From contig JBLDXI010000074.1 of NCBI GenBank assembly GCA_047495785.1, forward strand, positions 930,001-994,000: 64,000 nucleotides of DNA, read 5' to 3'. The notes below the pieces were generated by a model. The model searched no databases, had not been told where the DNA came from, and worked only from the letters and a program-made list of their open reading frames with translations. Below, in pieces: positions 49,825 through 59,180 of the stretch (position 1 is its first letter; each line of letters opens with the position of its first letter). Position numbers and translations under genes: made by a program. Origin of the DNA: Lepidodermella squamata (lineage: Eukaryota; Animalia; Gastrotricha).

Positions 49825-51138
49825 GCTGTTGTCGGGTGTTAGAGGCGGCAAGCCAGCGGCGGGTGGCGGTCCACACGACCCGAGCGCAGCTTGTCGCGGG
49901 GAGGGCAGGTTCGTTGCGGGTGGCGATGAGAGCATCACTCCCTGCGCGGCCGGACCTTTCCGGTTCCTGACTAGTGGCGGATAGATGCTATCTGTGCGCT
50001 GTAGGTTCCCTCTCAGTTCCTCTCTTCTATCTTATTTCTTTCTCTAGTCCCCTAGGTCTTTTCAAATTATCTTTTCAAAATCTCTATGTATGTGAAAGGC
50101 AATCGGTTCGGGTCCGGTTAAATCGTATTTTGTTATGTGCCGCAAGAGGCCCCGGTTCGAGTCCGGCTATGTTTTCTGTTTTCTTGTCCTAGATCTTAGA
50201 CTTTTTAAAATTGAATTGTAATGCCGAGGCATGGTCCTTAAGGCATGTTCTTAGTTTGCGGATCGTCGATCCTGGTAGCAGTTGGGCCTCGGGTGGCGGC
50301 ACGCACCAAACGGCGGCCCGAGGCGATGAGTGGTTGGTTCCTTTTGGTGGCTGATGGACTATCTGTAGATTTTCGTCGATGCAGGCAGCGGTTGGGCCTC
50401 GGGTGGCGGCACGCGCAAAGCGGCGGCCCGAGGCGTTGGCTTGGAAGTATTCCCGTATTAACATTATAATGAACACTGTATATTTATAGTTATTTGTCAT
50501 TCTGTCGACCTCGCTTAATACGCGGAGCCGTAGCTGTGTATATTCAATTTGCTAACACTGAGGGGCCACTAACAGCCCGGTAATCTCCTATTTAGCCTGC
50601 GGGCTGAGGAATTGTTTTTCTAATTTACCTAATAAACCAACACTTCATAACGAATTGGAGTTTTCTCCAATTCGTTAGTTTTCCCCGACTTTAAGTGCTG
50701 CCAAATTTCGTTTTTAGTGATTATTTCCTTTTTAAAGTCACTTTAAATTCACTTTACATTCAGGAAAAAATTAGTATACTAAACTTTTTTTTCCAGTTTT
50801 CCCGATCCGAGAATTTGGGCTCAAAGTCCAAATTTTGCCTTGTAATATTTTCCGAATCAAAAACTTTTTCCTTGAAATTTTCTTTTCTTTTCGACCTTGC
50901 GGTTCGGAATTAAATCTAAAATTTTATTGGCCCATCCTTTCTTCTCTTCTTTCTCCATGATCACCGTTTCTAATACGGGTGATCTTCTTATGCGTTTCGA
51001 CGGTGAAGGCGAAATGCCTGATCCACACAGTGTGTCGCCTACTGCCCCGTCCGCAACGCCGCAGCTTGCTGAGTTCCTGATCCAGGCTGGTCCTCAGCCT
51101 AGTACTAGTGTCCCCAAAAAAATAAGGGTGCAAGCGCT

Positions 51139-53067
51139 ATGAAGTTAGGCTCGCAGGTTGACTCGACGTCCCTGTTAACAAAGAGCGGGATCGGTTCAAG
51201 TTTAGGGGTTTCAAGCGCTTCTCAGTTAGACCCGAGAGTTGACTCGACGTCCTCTGCGGCTGGGCTCGGTTCAAGCTTTAAGGGGCCCTCTCCCACCTCA
51301 GGTGAAACTGTTAAACGGAAGTCTGACAGCTCACCTGACAGTAAGGTACGCAAGATAGCTTCAACAGTGAGGCTATCTGCATCTTCCAACGAGGAGTCCG
51401 ATGCTGTCGTCGAGAACCAGGAGATGGATGCCGAGGATCAGGAAGAAGGTCAGCTCGTCGACCCAATCGGTGATCTGAGTAGCAGCGACCCCGATACCGA
51501 CGGCGACGATGACGAGGATGACGAGGATGACGAAGGTGAAATGGAGTGGCAAACTGTCAATGACTCGTCCAAGTCCAGGTTCCGTATCGTGATAGTCGAC
51601 GGAATATCGCCGATTTTCTCAACCATCTACATGTGCCTGAGAGAGCTGAATCGCGTGGCCCCAGACGTGAAACATATTCGCGTCTGGGTGTATCCCCGTG
51701 GTGCGTTTGGCATGCTCTGCAAGGACTTGGCCAGCGTCACCGCGGTCCTGAGCAAGGCCAACTGGCCTGAGGACGCCTTTGGTGGGAGAGCCCGACCCCA
51801 TAGGCCATCCAAGGTAGAAGTGGATGAGGCACCAGGTGCCAAGGCGGTGTTAGAAGCGCAAGTTCCAAGCGGCGAGCAAGCGGCACGCATGGAAGCTCGA
51901 GCCAAGCATTTGGACGAAGACCGGCGTAAAGCCGTGTGCGTCAACTTCTTCGACGGGGCCTCTGTTGACGACATCCTCGACGGTTGGGAAGACGTCGTAG
52001 ATCAGGTCTGGCCTATCAAAGGCACTACGACGAGCTTCGGGGTTCTCTGCAAATCGGTGCGTCTCTGCGAGGAACTCGTGGCCAGAGGGCGCGATTTCCT
52101 TGGCCTCCGCATAGCCGCCAGGGTGTGGCGTTCCGACCCAGAGGTAGAGATATGTGGCAGGTGTCTCAACATCGGCCATCTCACTGGGAACTGTCGAGCG
52201 GCTCTCCGGTGTTCTACCTGTGGGCAAGTAGGCCATGAAGGCAGTAGTTGCAAACAGCAGGCGAAGAGGTGCGCCAGATGCGATGGCAATCACTCCGGCT
52301 TCTACCGAGGTTGCCTTATCGTGAAGAACGAGGCCGAGCGTCGCCGCAAAGCCGATGAAGCCGAAGCCCGAGCCATTCGTAACCGAAGTACCGGAGATGC
52401 CAACCTCCGTAATGGCATGTCGTTTGCAGGAGCAGCCGGAGGTGGATACGCACAACCACCACCAGTACCACCACCTGTACCACCACCTGTACCGCAACCA
52501 GGACCACCAGGATTCAATGGAACCCGGCCCTACCAGAGACCGGCGTCTCACAACAACCACCAGGACGAGTCAACGCTAGCACCGGACGAACGAAGCGAGC
52601 TAACCACTCTACGGTTTAGCGTAGCCGCACAGGCGGCTGAAATTGATCGGCTAAACAGTTCTGTTGAGCGGTTGACGGCTGCCCTTGAGAAGTTACTCAA
52701 CCAAGGTCCTTCGATGCCAGCAATAGTACCACAACCGGTCGCACAACCGATTCCGCTCCAGGAAATGGAAGATCGTCTATTTGCAAGGATAATGGATGCG
52801 TTCAGCCGATGCAAGAACGCAGGCGATATGCGGGCCCAATCATTCCCGCAGCAAGTCATTGCTCGCCCAACCATGTTGCCTTCGTCGAACATGGTTGTTC
52901 ATTCTCCTTCGCACTACAGCGTCGAGGGCCAGAATGCAGTACCTTTTCAATGGGACGCTGGCCAGCTTGGTCAAGCCATGGTGATCCAGCCACAGTTCAG
53001 CCAACAGCCTACTTTCGTTCAGCGACCATTCTCTGGAGTGCCCCTTCAATACTCCAATAATGCCTAG
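51139..53067 (+). CDS. LINE ORF1 copy 2 (1-bp deletion at ~51123 uncouples the upstream ATG at 50957)
   Basis: Copy 1 aaaaaaagtaag versus copy 2 aaaaaaataag; the frame from MKLGSQ is open with three knuckles. Confidence 0.88.
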   Translation: MKLGSQVDSTSLLTKSGIGSSLGVSSASQLDPRVDSTSSAAGLGSSFKGPSPTSGETVKRKSDSSPDSKVRKIASTVRLSASSNEESDAVVENQEMDAEDQEEGQLVDPIGDLSSSDPDTDGDDDEDDEDDEGEMEWQTVNDSSKSRFRIVIVDGISPIFSTIYMCLRELNRVAPDVKHIRVWVYPRGAFGMLCKDLASVTAVLSKANWPEDAFGGRARPHRPSKVEVDEAPGAKAVLEAQVPSGEQAARMEARAKHLDEDRRKAVCVNFFDGASVDDILDGWEDVVDQVWPIKGTTTSFGVLCKSVRLCEELVARGRDFLGLRIAARVWRSDPEVEICGRCLNIGHLTGNCRAALRCSTCGQVGHEGSSCKQQAKRCARCDGNHSGFYRGCLIVKNEAERRRKADEAEARAIRNRSTGDANLRNGMSFAGAAGGGYAQPPPVPPPVPPPVPQPGPPGFNGTRPYQRPASHNNHQDESTLAPDERSELTTLRFSVAAQAAEIDRLNSSVERLTAALEKLLNQGPSMPAIVPQPVAQPIPLQEMEDRLFARIMDAFSRCKNAGDMRAQSFPQQVIARPTMLPSSNMVVHSPSHYSVEGQNAVPFQWDAGQLGQAMVIQPQFSQQPTFVQRPFSGVPLQYSNNA

Positions 53068-56038
53068 TCTTAGTACACTCAGAAAAAGTAGAATCATCGT
53101 AATCCAGTGGAATTGCCAGGGCATCAAGGCGAAAAGAGCTGAACTTCTCCACATTATAGAGCAATATGGGCCTCATGTCATTCTTTTAAACGAGACTTGG
53201 CTAAAGTTCGGCGAGAAATTCGACCTCCCTGGCTACACTGCTTTCCGCGTAGATAGATTAGGAGCTTACGGGCTAAACTGTGGCGGCGTCGCAATCTTTA
53301 TTAGTCAGTCAAAGCCAATACTAGATTGTGCCGAAGTAAAGTTTGCGCCAGCCTCTAGAGGCGAGTGGCTTGCAGTTGAGCTGCTAGTAGGCGAAGTCAA
53401 CGCCTCAGCGAGACTTACGATTGCCACAGGGTACAATCCTTCACATAGCCCATTAGACACATCTTTCATTAGAGAGGTCTTGAGTGATCCGTCTACAAAC
53501 TCGATCTTCGCTGGCGACTTGAACGCCTGGGCGGAAGAGTTAGGTTGCGCGGACTGGAACGTTCAGCGAACGGGAAGCGGGGGGCTTCTTTCGGAGTACC
53601 TAAAATCCTCCTCTGTGGTTTTGCATAGCTCGCCAACTGCTCCCACGCGGTTCAGGGAAGGTCACGTGTCGCGAGTCTTAGATGTATGGCTCAGTTCACT
53701 GGCTGCTGATAAGTGTTTCAACCGTGCGCCTGCTGTTCTAGATTGCTATCGAAGCGATCATGCCGTCACTATCGCGGGCCTCACACTCGTGCTCCCGGAG
53801 CGGAACTCCTGTTCACCGTTGGCCAATGCCTCGGTGCCGGCAGCCGCTCGGGACGTTCGTTTCGATTTTTTGAACGCCGACTGGCCTGAATACCAGAGAG
53901 TATGCGCGGAGAAGATAGCGCCAGTCGTTCGCCCAAAAGGCGGGGACTCGGTCAGGGCGCTGGACGTCTTCGCCGCAAGTATCTCCGAGGTAATAATGAG
54001 TAGCGCGAAAACCACGCTAGCTCGTGTGCCGGTGGCTAAATTGCCTAAGGTACGACTCAGCCATGCTGTCAAGCGGGCTATCGAGGCCAGGAATCGGTGT
54101 GACGAGAAAAATCGAAATGAACGCTCTGCTGCATCTAAAGCGGCTTTAAATGCTGCGACACGGCAGGTGGCGCGAGAGGTCGCGATAGAGGCGGATAAAA
54201 AATGTCGGCGGCGGTTGAACCACATAGCACAGCTTTTTCAGGCGCAGCAAGCTGCCCTGGCGTGGCAACACGCACAGCGTATTTTGGGGGAATCGAAAGG
54301 CTCGCAACGCGTGATCCCCACCCTTAACTTAGCGAACGGGACGAAGGTGACGTCAAACCCAGAGAAGGCGAGGGTTTTTGCTGAAAATTGGGCGCCGACG
54401 TTCCAGGCCGCGCCTCGTAGCTCACCGCATCAGGCGGACCAAGAATTTTGGGACTCGATCGACCAAGCATGCGAGGTAGACGAGGAGCTCAATGCCTCTC
54501 TAACAATACCAGATAAATTAGACGTCATGATTTCTAGGAACGCGTTCAACTCCCAGCTTGCCCGGTTGAAGCTTAAAGCTCCCGGGGAAGATGGGATCCT
54601 CAACCCGTTGATTAAGAATGCTCCCCCACCTCTCCTAGAGGCTATCCTTCTCCTGTTTAATTTATCTTTGAACGCCGGCTATCTGCCAGCTGCTTGGAAA
54701 ATTGGAATTGTGGTACCGGTGCCCAAGGCGGGGAAATCGCCACGGTCCCTGGATGGGTATAGGCCAGTTTCCTTAACCAGCTGCATGGCAAAGCTTCTGG
54801 AGGCCGTCGTGGCTGGGTTCATTCTTGAGTTCTGCTTGCGGAACAAGATTTTGACGCCAAGCCAAGTCGGGTTCCAGAAGTGGCTGTCAGTCTTGGATGC
54901 CATCCTCAGACTTATGCATGACATCACAGACGGGTTCGTGCATAAAGATGAGTTGGGCAGACCTGATAAATTAACTACTGTTGTGGCGTTCCTTGACTAC
55001 AAGGCAGCTTTCGACTCCATTTGGCACAACGGTTTACGAATGGTCCTTAAAGGCCTTGGCCTACCCGTAGCCGTTGTGCGGTGGATTTCGGACTTCTTAC
55101 GCGACAGGCGTAAGAAAGTAAGGGTAGGAGACAGTTTCAGTGAAGACGTCGAGGTAGCTTGCGGAGTCCCTCAGGGATCTCCTTTATCCCCGATACTCTT
55201 CATCATCTACACTTCTTCGTCCCTCCCAGCGGAGGTCGACAAGGACGACGCGGTAAAAAGAACTGCCGCGGCGGCATACGCCGACGACCAGGCTGTGTGG
55301 GCTACAGGGCGACCGGCCCCACTCGTCACTGCTCGTGTCCAAGCGGCACTTCGGGTCACAGAACGCTGGTCTCAGCGCTGGAGACTTGACCTGAACCCGA
55401 GGAAGTGCGAGTGGGTCGCATTCGGCGCCAACGTCAACCTCACAGCTGGTCAACTCCAGTTGGGAGGCATCTGCCTGCCTAGAGTGCAACAGTTCAAGTA
55501 CCTAGGTGTTTGGCTGTCCAAGCACTTGTGCTGGACGCCGCACTTAGAGCACGTCAGCGCACGAGCCCTTCCTCGTATTTTCGCCCTTTTTCGTGGCAGG
55601 GTAAAGACTCACCCCACCTTGGGTCTCCTGTTCTACAAGAGCGTCATCCGGCCGCTGTTGGAATTCGGTGCCCCGGCGTTCGCCAACTCGAAGCCACAGT
55701 TCATCGAAAAACTGGCGGTCTTAGAACGGCGGGCCCTTAAGATCATCTTGGGTCTCCCACGCCGGTGCCCGAATGAGATCTATCAGCGGCGGTTGAAGGC
55801 CACTTTTCCGGAGTTCCAGCTGATCGAAGAACGTTTGTCCACCCTATCGTTCAACTGCTTCAACAGGGCGCTTGAACCAGGTAGCGTGCTAGGCGAAATA
55901 GTTCGTCAGAGTCGCGATAGGCCCGTGCCGGAGAGTAAATCCCCAGTGCGTTTCTTTCTTGACCATCTATTGGGAGCTGGGCCTCTACCTTCGGTTCGAT
56001 CGTCCTTTGATCGACTTCCAGCGATCCTAGCAGTTTAG
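53060..56038 (+). CDS. LINE ORF2 (APE + RT), copy 2
   Basis: 992 aa, all catalytic motifs intact. Confidence 0.97.
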   Translation: MPSLSTLRKSRIIVIQWNCQGIKAKRAELLHIIEQYGPHVILLNETWLKFGEKFDLPGYTAFRVDRLGAYGLNCGGVAIFISQSKPILDCAEVKFAPASRGEWLAVELLVGEVNASARLTIATGYNPSHSPLDTSFIREVLSDPSTNSIFAGDLNAWAEELGCADWNVQRTGSGGLLSEYLKSSSVVLHSSPTAPTRFREGHVSRVLDVWLSSLAADKCFNRAPAVLDCYRSDHAVTIAGLTLVLPERNSCSPLANASVPAAARDVRFDFLNADWPEYQRVCAEKIAPVVRPKGGDSVRALDVFAASISEVIMSSAKTTLARVPVAKLPKVRLSHAVKRAIEARNRCDEKNRNERSAASKAALNAATRQVAREVAIEADKKCRRRLNHIAQLFQAQQAALAWQHAQRILGESKGSQRVIPTLNLANGTKVTSNPEKARVFAENWAPTFQAAPRSSPHQADQEFWDSIDQACEVDEELNASLTIPDKLDVMISRNAFNSQLARLKLKAPGEDGILNPLIKNAPPPLLEAILLLFNLSLNAGYLPAAWKIGIVVPVPKAGKSPRSLDGYRPVSLTSCMAKLLEAVVAGFILEFCLRNKILTPSQVGFQKWLSVLDAILRLMHDITDGFVHKDELGRPDKLTTVVAFLDYKAAFDSIWHNGLRMVLKGLGLPVAVVRWISDFLRDRRKKVRVGDSFSEDVEVACGVPQGSPLSPILFIIYTSSSLPAEVDKDDAVKRTAAAAYADDQAVWATGRPAPLVTARVQAALRVTERWSQRWRLDLNPRKCEWVAFGANVNLTAGQLQLGGICLPRVQQFKYLGVWLSKHLCWTPHLEHVSARALPRIFALFRGRVKTHPTLGLLFYKSVIRPLLEFGAPAFANSKPQFIEKLAVLERRALKIILGLPRRCPNEIYQRRLKATFPEFQLIEERLSTLSFNCFNRALEPGSVLGEIVRQSRDRPVPESKSPVRFFLDHLLGAGPLPSVRSSFDRLPAILAV

Positions 56039-57537
56039 GCTGTTGTCGGATGTTAGAGGCGGAAAGCCAGCGGCGGGTGGCGGTCCACGGAAGCAACGAC
56101 CCGAGCGCAGCTTGTCGCGGGGAGGGCAGGTTCGTTGCGGGTGGCGATGAGAGCATCGCTCCCTGCGCGGCCGGACCTTTCCGGTTCCTGACTAGTGGCG
56201 GATAGATGCTATCCGTGCGCTGTAGGTTCCCTCTCAGTTCCTCTCTTCTATCTTATTTCTTTCTCTAGTCCCCTAGGTCTTTTCAAATTATCTTTTCAAA
56301 ATCTTTATATATGTGAAAGGCAATCGGTTCGGGTCCGGTTAAATCGTATTTTGTTATGTGCCGCAAGAGGCCCCGGTTCGAGTCCGGCTATGTTTTCTGT
56401 TTTCTTGTCCTAGATCTTAGACTTTTTAAAATTGAATTGTAATGCCGAGGCATGGTCCTTAAGGCATGTTCTTAGTTTGCGGATCGTCGATCCTGGTAGC
56501 AGTTGGGCCTCGGGTGGCGGCACGCACCAAACGGCGGCCCGAGGCGATGAGTGGTTGGTTCCTTTTGGTGGCTGATGGACTATCTGTAGATTTTCGTCGA
56601 TGCAGGCAGCGGTTGGGCCTCGGGTGGCGGCACGCGCAAAGCGGCGGCCCGAGGCGTTGGCTTGGAAGTATTCCCGTATTAACATTATAATGAACACTGT
56701 ATATTTATAGTTATTTGTCATTCTGTCGACCTCGCTTAATACGCGGAGCCGTAGCTGTGCATATTCAATTTGCTAACACTGAGGGACCACTAACAGCCCG
56801 GTAATCTCCTATTTAGCCTGCGGGCTGAGGAATTGTTTTTCTAATTTACCTAATAAACCAACACTTCATAATGACTCTACACAAAAAACTACCATGCCAG
56901 GCCGGCTCACATGCTCGCTCCGCTCGCATGGTAATGGCGGCAAAGTATTGTCATGTTGTTTGAGTGATCAGCTATCAGCTGAAATCTCTGACTTGACCCG
57001 TGAAAGTGTACTATGGCGATTACTGACTGTAATTGCTTTTAACTAATAGCGAAGAAGACCAGAAATTAAGACCAGAAATGAACATGCCCTTTGATGAGGT
57101 GAACTTTCCCCTCTGCTTATCATGCATAGGGAACTGAGTGCTCAATGCTTTCTCAAATTCTCATCAATTTCTTTATTACATTTTTTTACTTCTTATTTAA
57201 AAAAATTCTACATATTTCATTTGTTTGCTAACCAGCCTCAAATTTTTAGTCCGTTACCTCCTTGTGTAAACAAGCCGCTAAATTTTAATAATATTTTAGC
57301 AATGTACGTGTGCAATTTTTGAGAATTGAACCGATGCCAGCTTGCCTCCGCCTTCGTGTTATCATTCACTAAGTGCATCGGTATACCCTATACCCGAAAC
57401 ACGTGAATGCACCTCGTCATACACGTGAAAACGAATTTGAACAGTTGGCGGAATTTACCGTAAAAATGCCTATAAAAGTGCATGACTGAGCAGTTAATTT
57501 TTACTATCCTCTTTTCGTTTTCAACTTTCGTACAATC

Positions 57538-57881
57538 ATGAACAAGATCATCTTTCTGACTCTTGCAGTGGTGAGTTTCCCGTCGGCGTTATATCTTGCT
57601 TATGATAAAACTTCATTTTAAAGGCTTTCGTGGCTGTTTTGGCCGTATCAGCGGAAGATAAGAAGCACAACACGGCCAAGAAGCCTTCGGGTGATGCATC
57701 CAAATCCCATGGTGCCAGCAACGGCGGCCACAACGCCGGAAAGCGTGCCCATGGCAACAAGCACGGCCACAAGAATTCCACCAGGGTTCACGGTGCCAAC
57801 AAGCCGCAATCGGCTCAGAAGCTCGCTTTGCGCGAGGCTGACTTTGAAGAGAGTAGAAAATTAGGTAGGTACATACGATGA
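57538..57881 (+). CDS. Secreted cationic His/Gly/Lys peptide precursor, family A copy 3; exons 57538-57570, 57624-57881
   Basis: Same signal and intron; HGAxN/HGNK repeats; LREADFEE; TATAAAA at 57471. Confidence 0.85.
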
Positions 57882-58190
57882 AGAGCTAGCTCGTGGAGAC
57901 AAGAAGAAGAAGGACACCATGCAAAAAACGCTGAAAAAGCCTTGAGCATGAAGCATGAATCACACTGTGTGGAGCCGATTCGGTATTGGCTGTGAAGCAT
58001 TTATATGTGGAGCCGTTCTTTGGTATTTGTCGGTTATTGTATTGTTTGCTGTGTTATTGTGTGACAGTAGTCTGGTGCTTTCATGAGTTTCGTGAGAGAT
58101 ATGGTGGAATGAGTTTCAAGAAATAAAGCATTAGAAAGGCATTATTTTTATAGAATTATATCTTTTCTTCGGCGTACACAAATTATACAG

Positions 58191-58390
58191 TTTACAATGA
58201 AATCGCTGGCAAGACTGGTTTCCACAAGGACCAGGCTCTAGACAAGAAGGGCGAAGCGATCAAGTGCAAGAGGAAGACGTTCGCCGACAAGAGCCACAAC
58301 AAGGTCAACGTGTTCAGCTATGAATCGGGCACCAACAACTTTGGCGACTACGACTCCGATTTTCATTGGACGAGCACGGCCGCCGGGTAA
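58191..58390 (+). CDS. Candidate alternative terminal exon of family A copy 3
   Basis: Donor G|gtaggt at 57864/5 and acceptor tacag| at 58190 join in frame, adding ~66 codons with G/C-ending bias. Confidence 0.4.
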
Positions 58391-59180
58391 GGAACCGCAC
58401 CCAAGGCCGGAATCAGCTAGATGCTAGATGTGACTCCAGTGAAAGAAAATTGGCTCGTCTGGTTGGTATAAGTCTTCTTCAAAAGCTTCTGTGCAGTCCA
58501 AAATGGTTTTGTCAAAGATCCAACGTAAAAAGTGGATTAGCGATTCTTCAACCATTGAACAGAGATGAAGGCTAACAGGCTAAAACCGAACGTAGCGATG
58601 ACTTTTTGTAATATTTTTGTGTAGTGCGAATTTTTGCTCAAGCTCAATGTTCTCATCTCGAAATAAAATGATCAAGTTTCAATGCCAGCTTTTGCGTCAT
58701 CTGGCTCACTCTGAAAACTGGTGATTCTTCATCTGGTGAAAACAGGTGATACTGATTCTGGGGCCATTAGCACCGATTTGTTTGCTTTTTCATCATTCTT
58801 GTTTATAAAACGCGTTTATTCCAACGTTTCCGTTATACTCAATAACCTTCTTCAGAGATAGGTTAAGAAATTAAATCGAAATTTTAAGTAAAGTTAAGAA
58901 TTAAGTTGGCTGTTTAAAGCATCTTGAAATTGTAATCTGGCTAGTTTTCCATCCTATTTTTACACCTCTCATGGAATATCGGCTCCGTTTTTTCATCATT
59001 GATGAATCAAGTTTGTTCTCTTTAGATATTGAGGAGATGAGACCATCCCTTATGATTTGATGCTAAAAGCACAGAAAGCATTTTGAGCTTGGCGTAAAAA
59101 ATGCCATCTTGTACAATGTACAAGATAGGTTAAACATTGTTTGAACTCTGTTCTACATTATAGAAAGATTTTTTATTGAA

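Larger units (their letters stand above)
44466..50650 (+). mobile_element. Full-length Jockey/I-group non-LTR retrotransposon, copy 1
   Basis: 5' hairpin, ~310-bp 5'UTR, ORF1+ORF2 overlapping by 8 nt, ~820-bp 3'UTR ending aataaaccaacacttcaTAA. Confidence 0.95.
50648..56871 (+). mobile_element. Full-length Jockey/I-group non-LTR retrotransposon, copy 2, abutting copy 1
   Basis: Same layout; begins at the TAA that ends copy 1. Confidence 0.95.

Noticed and set aside
45044-56156. Many antisense and alternate-frame ORFs over the LINEs
   Set aside because: Shadow frames of GC-rich ORF1/ORF2 with no independent motifs.
44466-56871. LTR or Penelope-like element with long direct repeats
   Set aside because: Repeats are whole elements; ORF2 is APE+RT with no integrase, protease or GIY-YIG.
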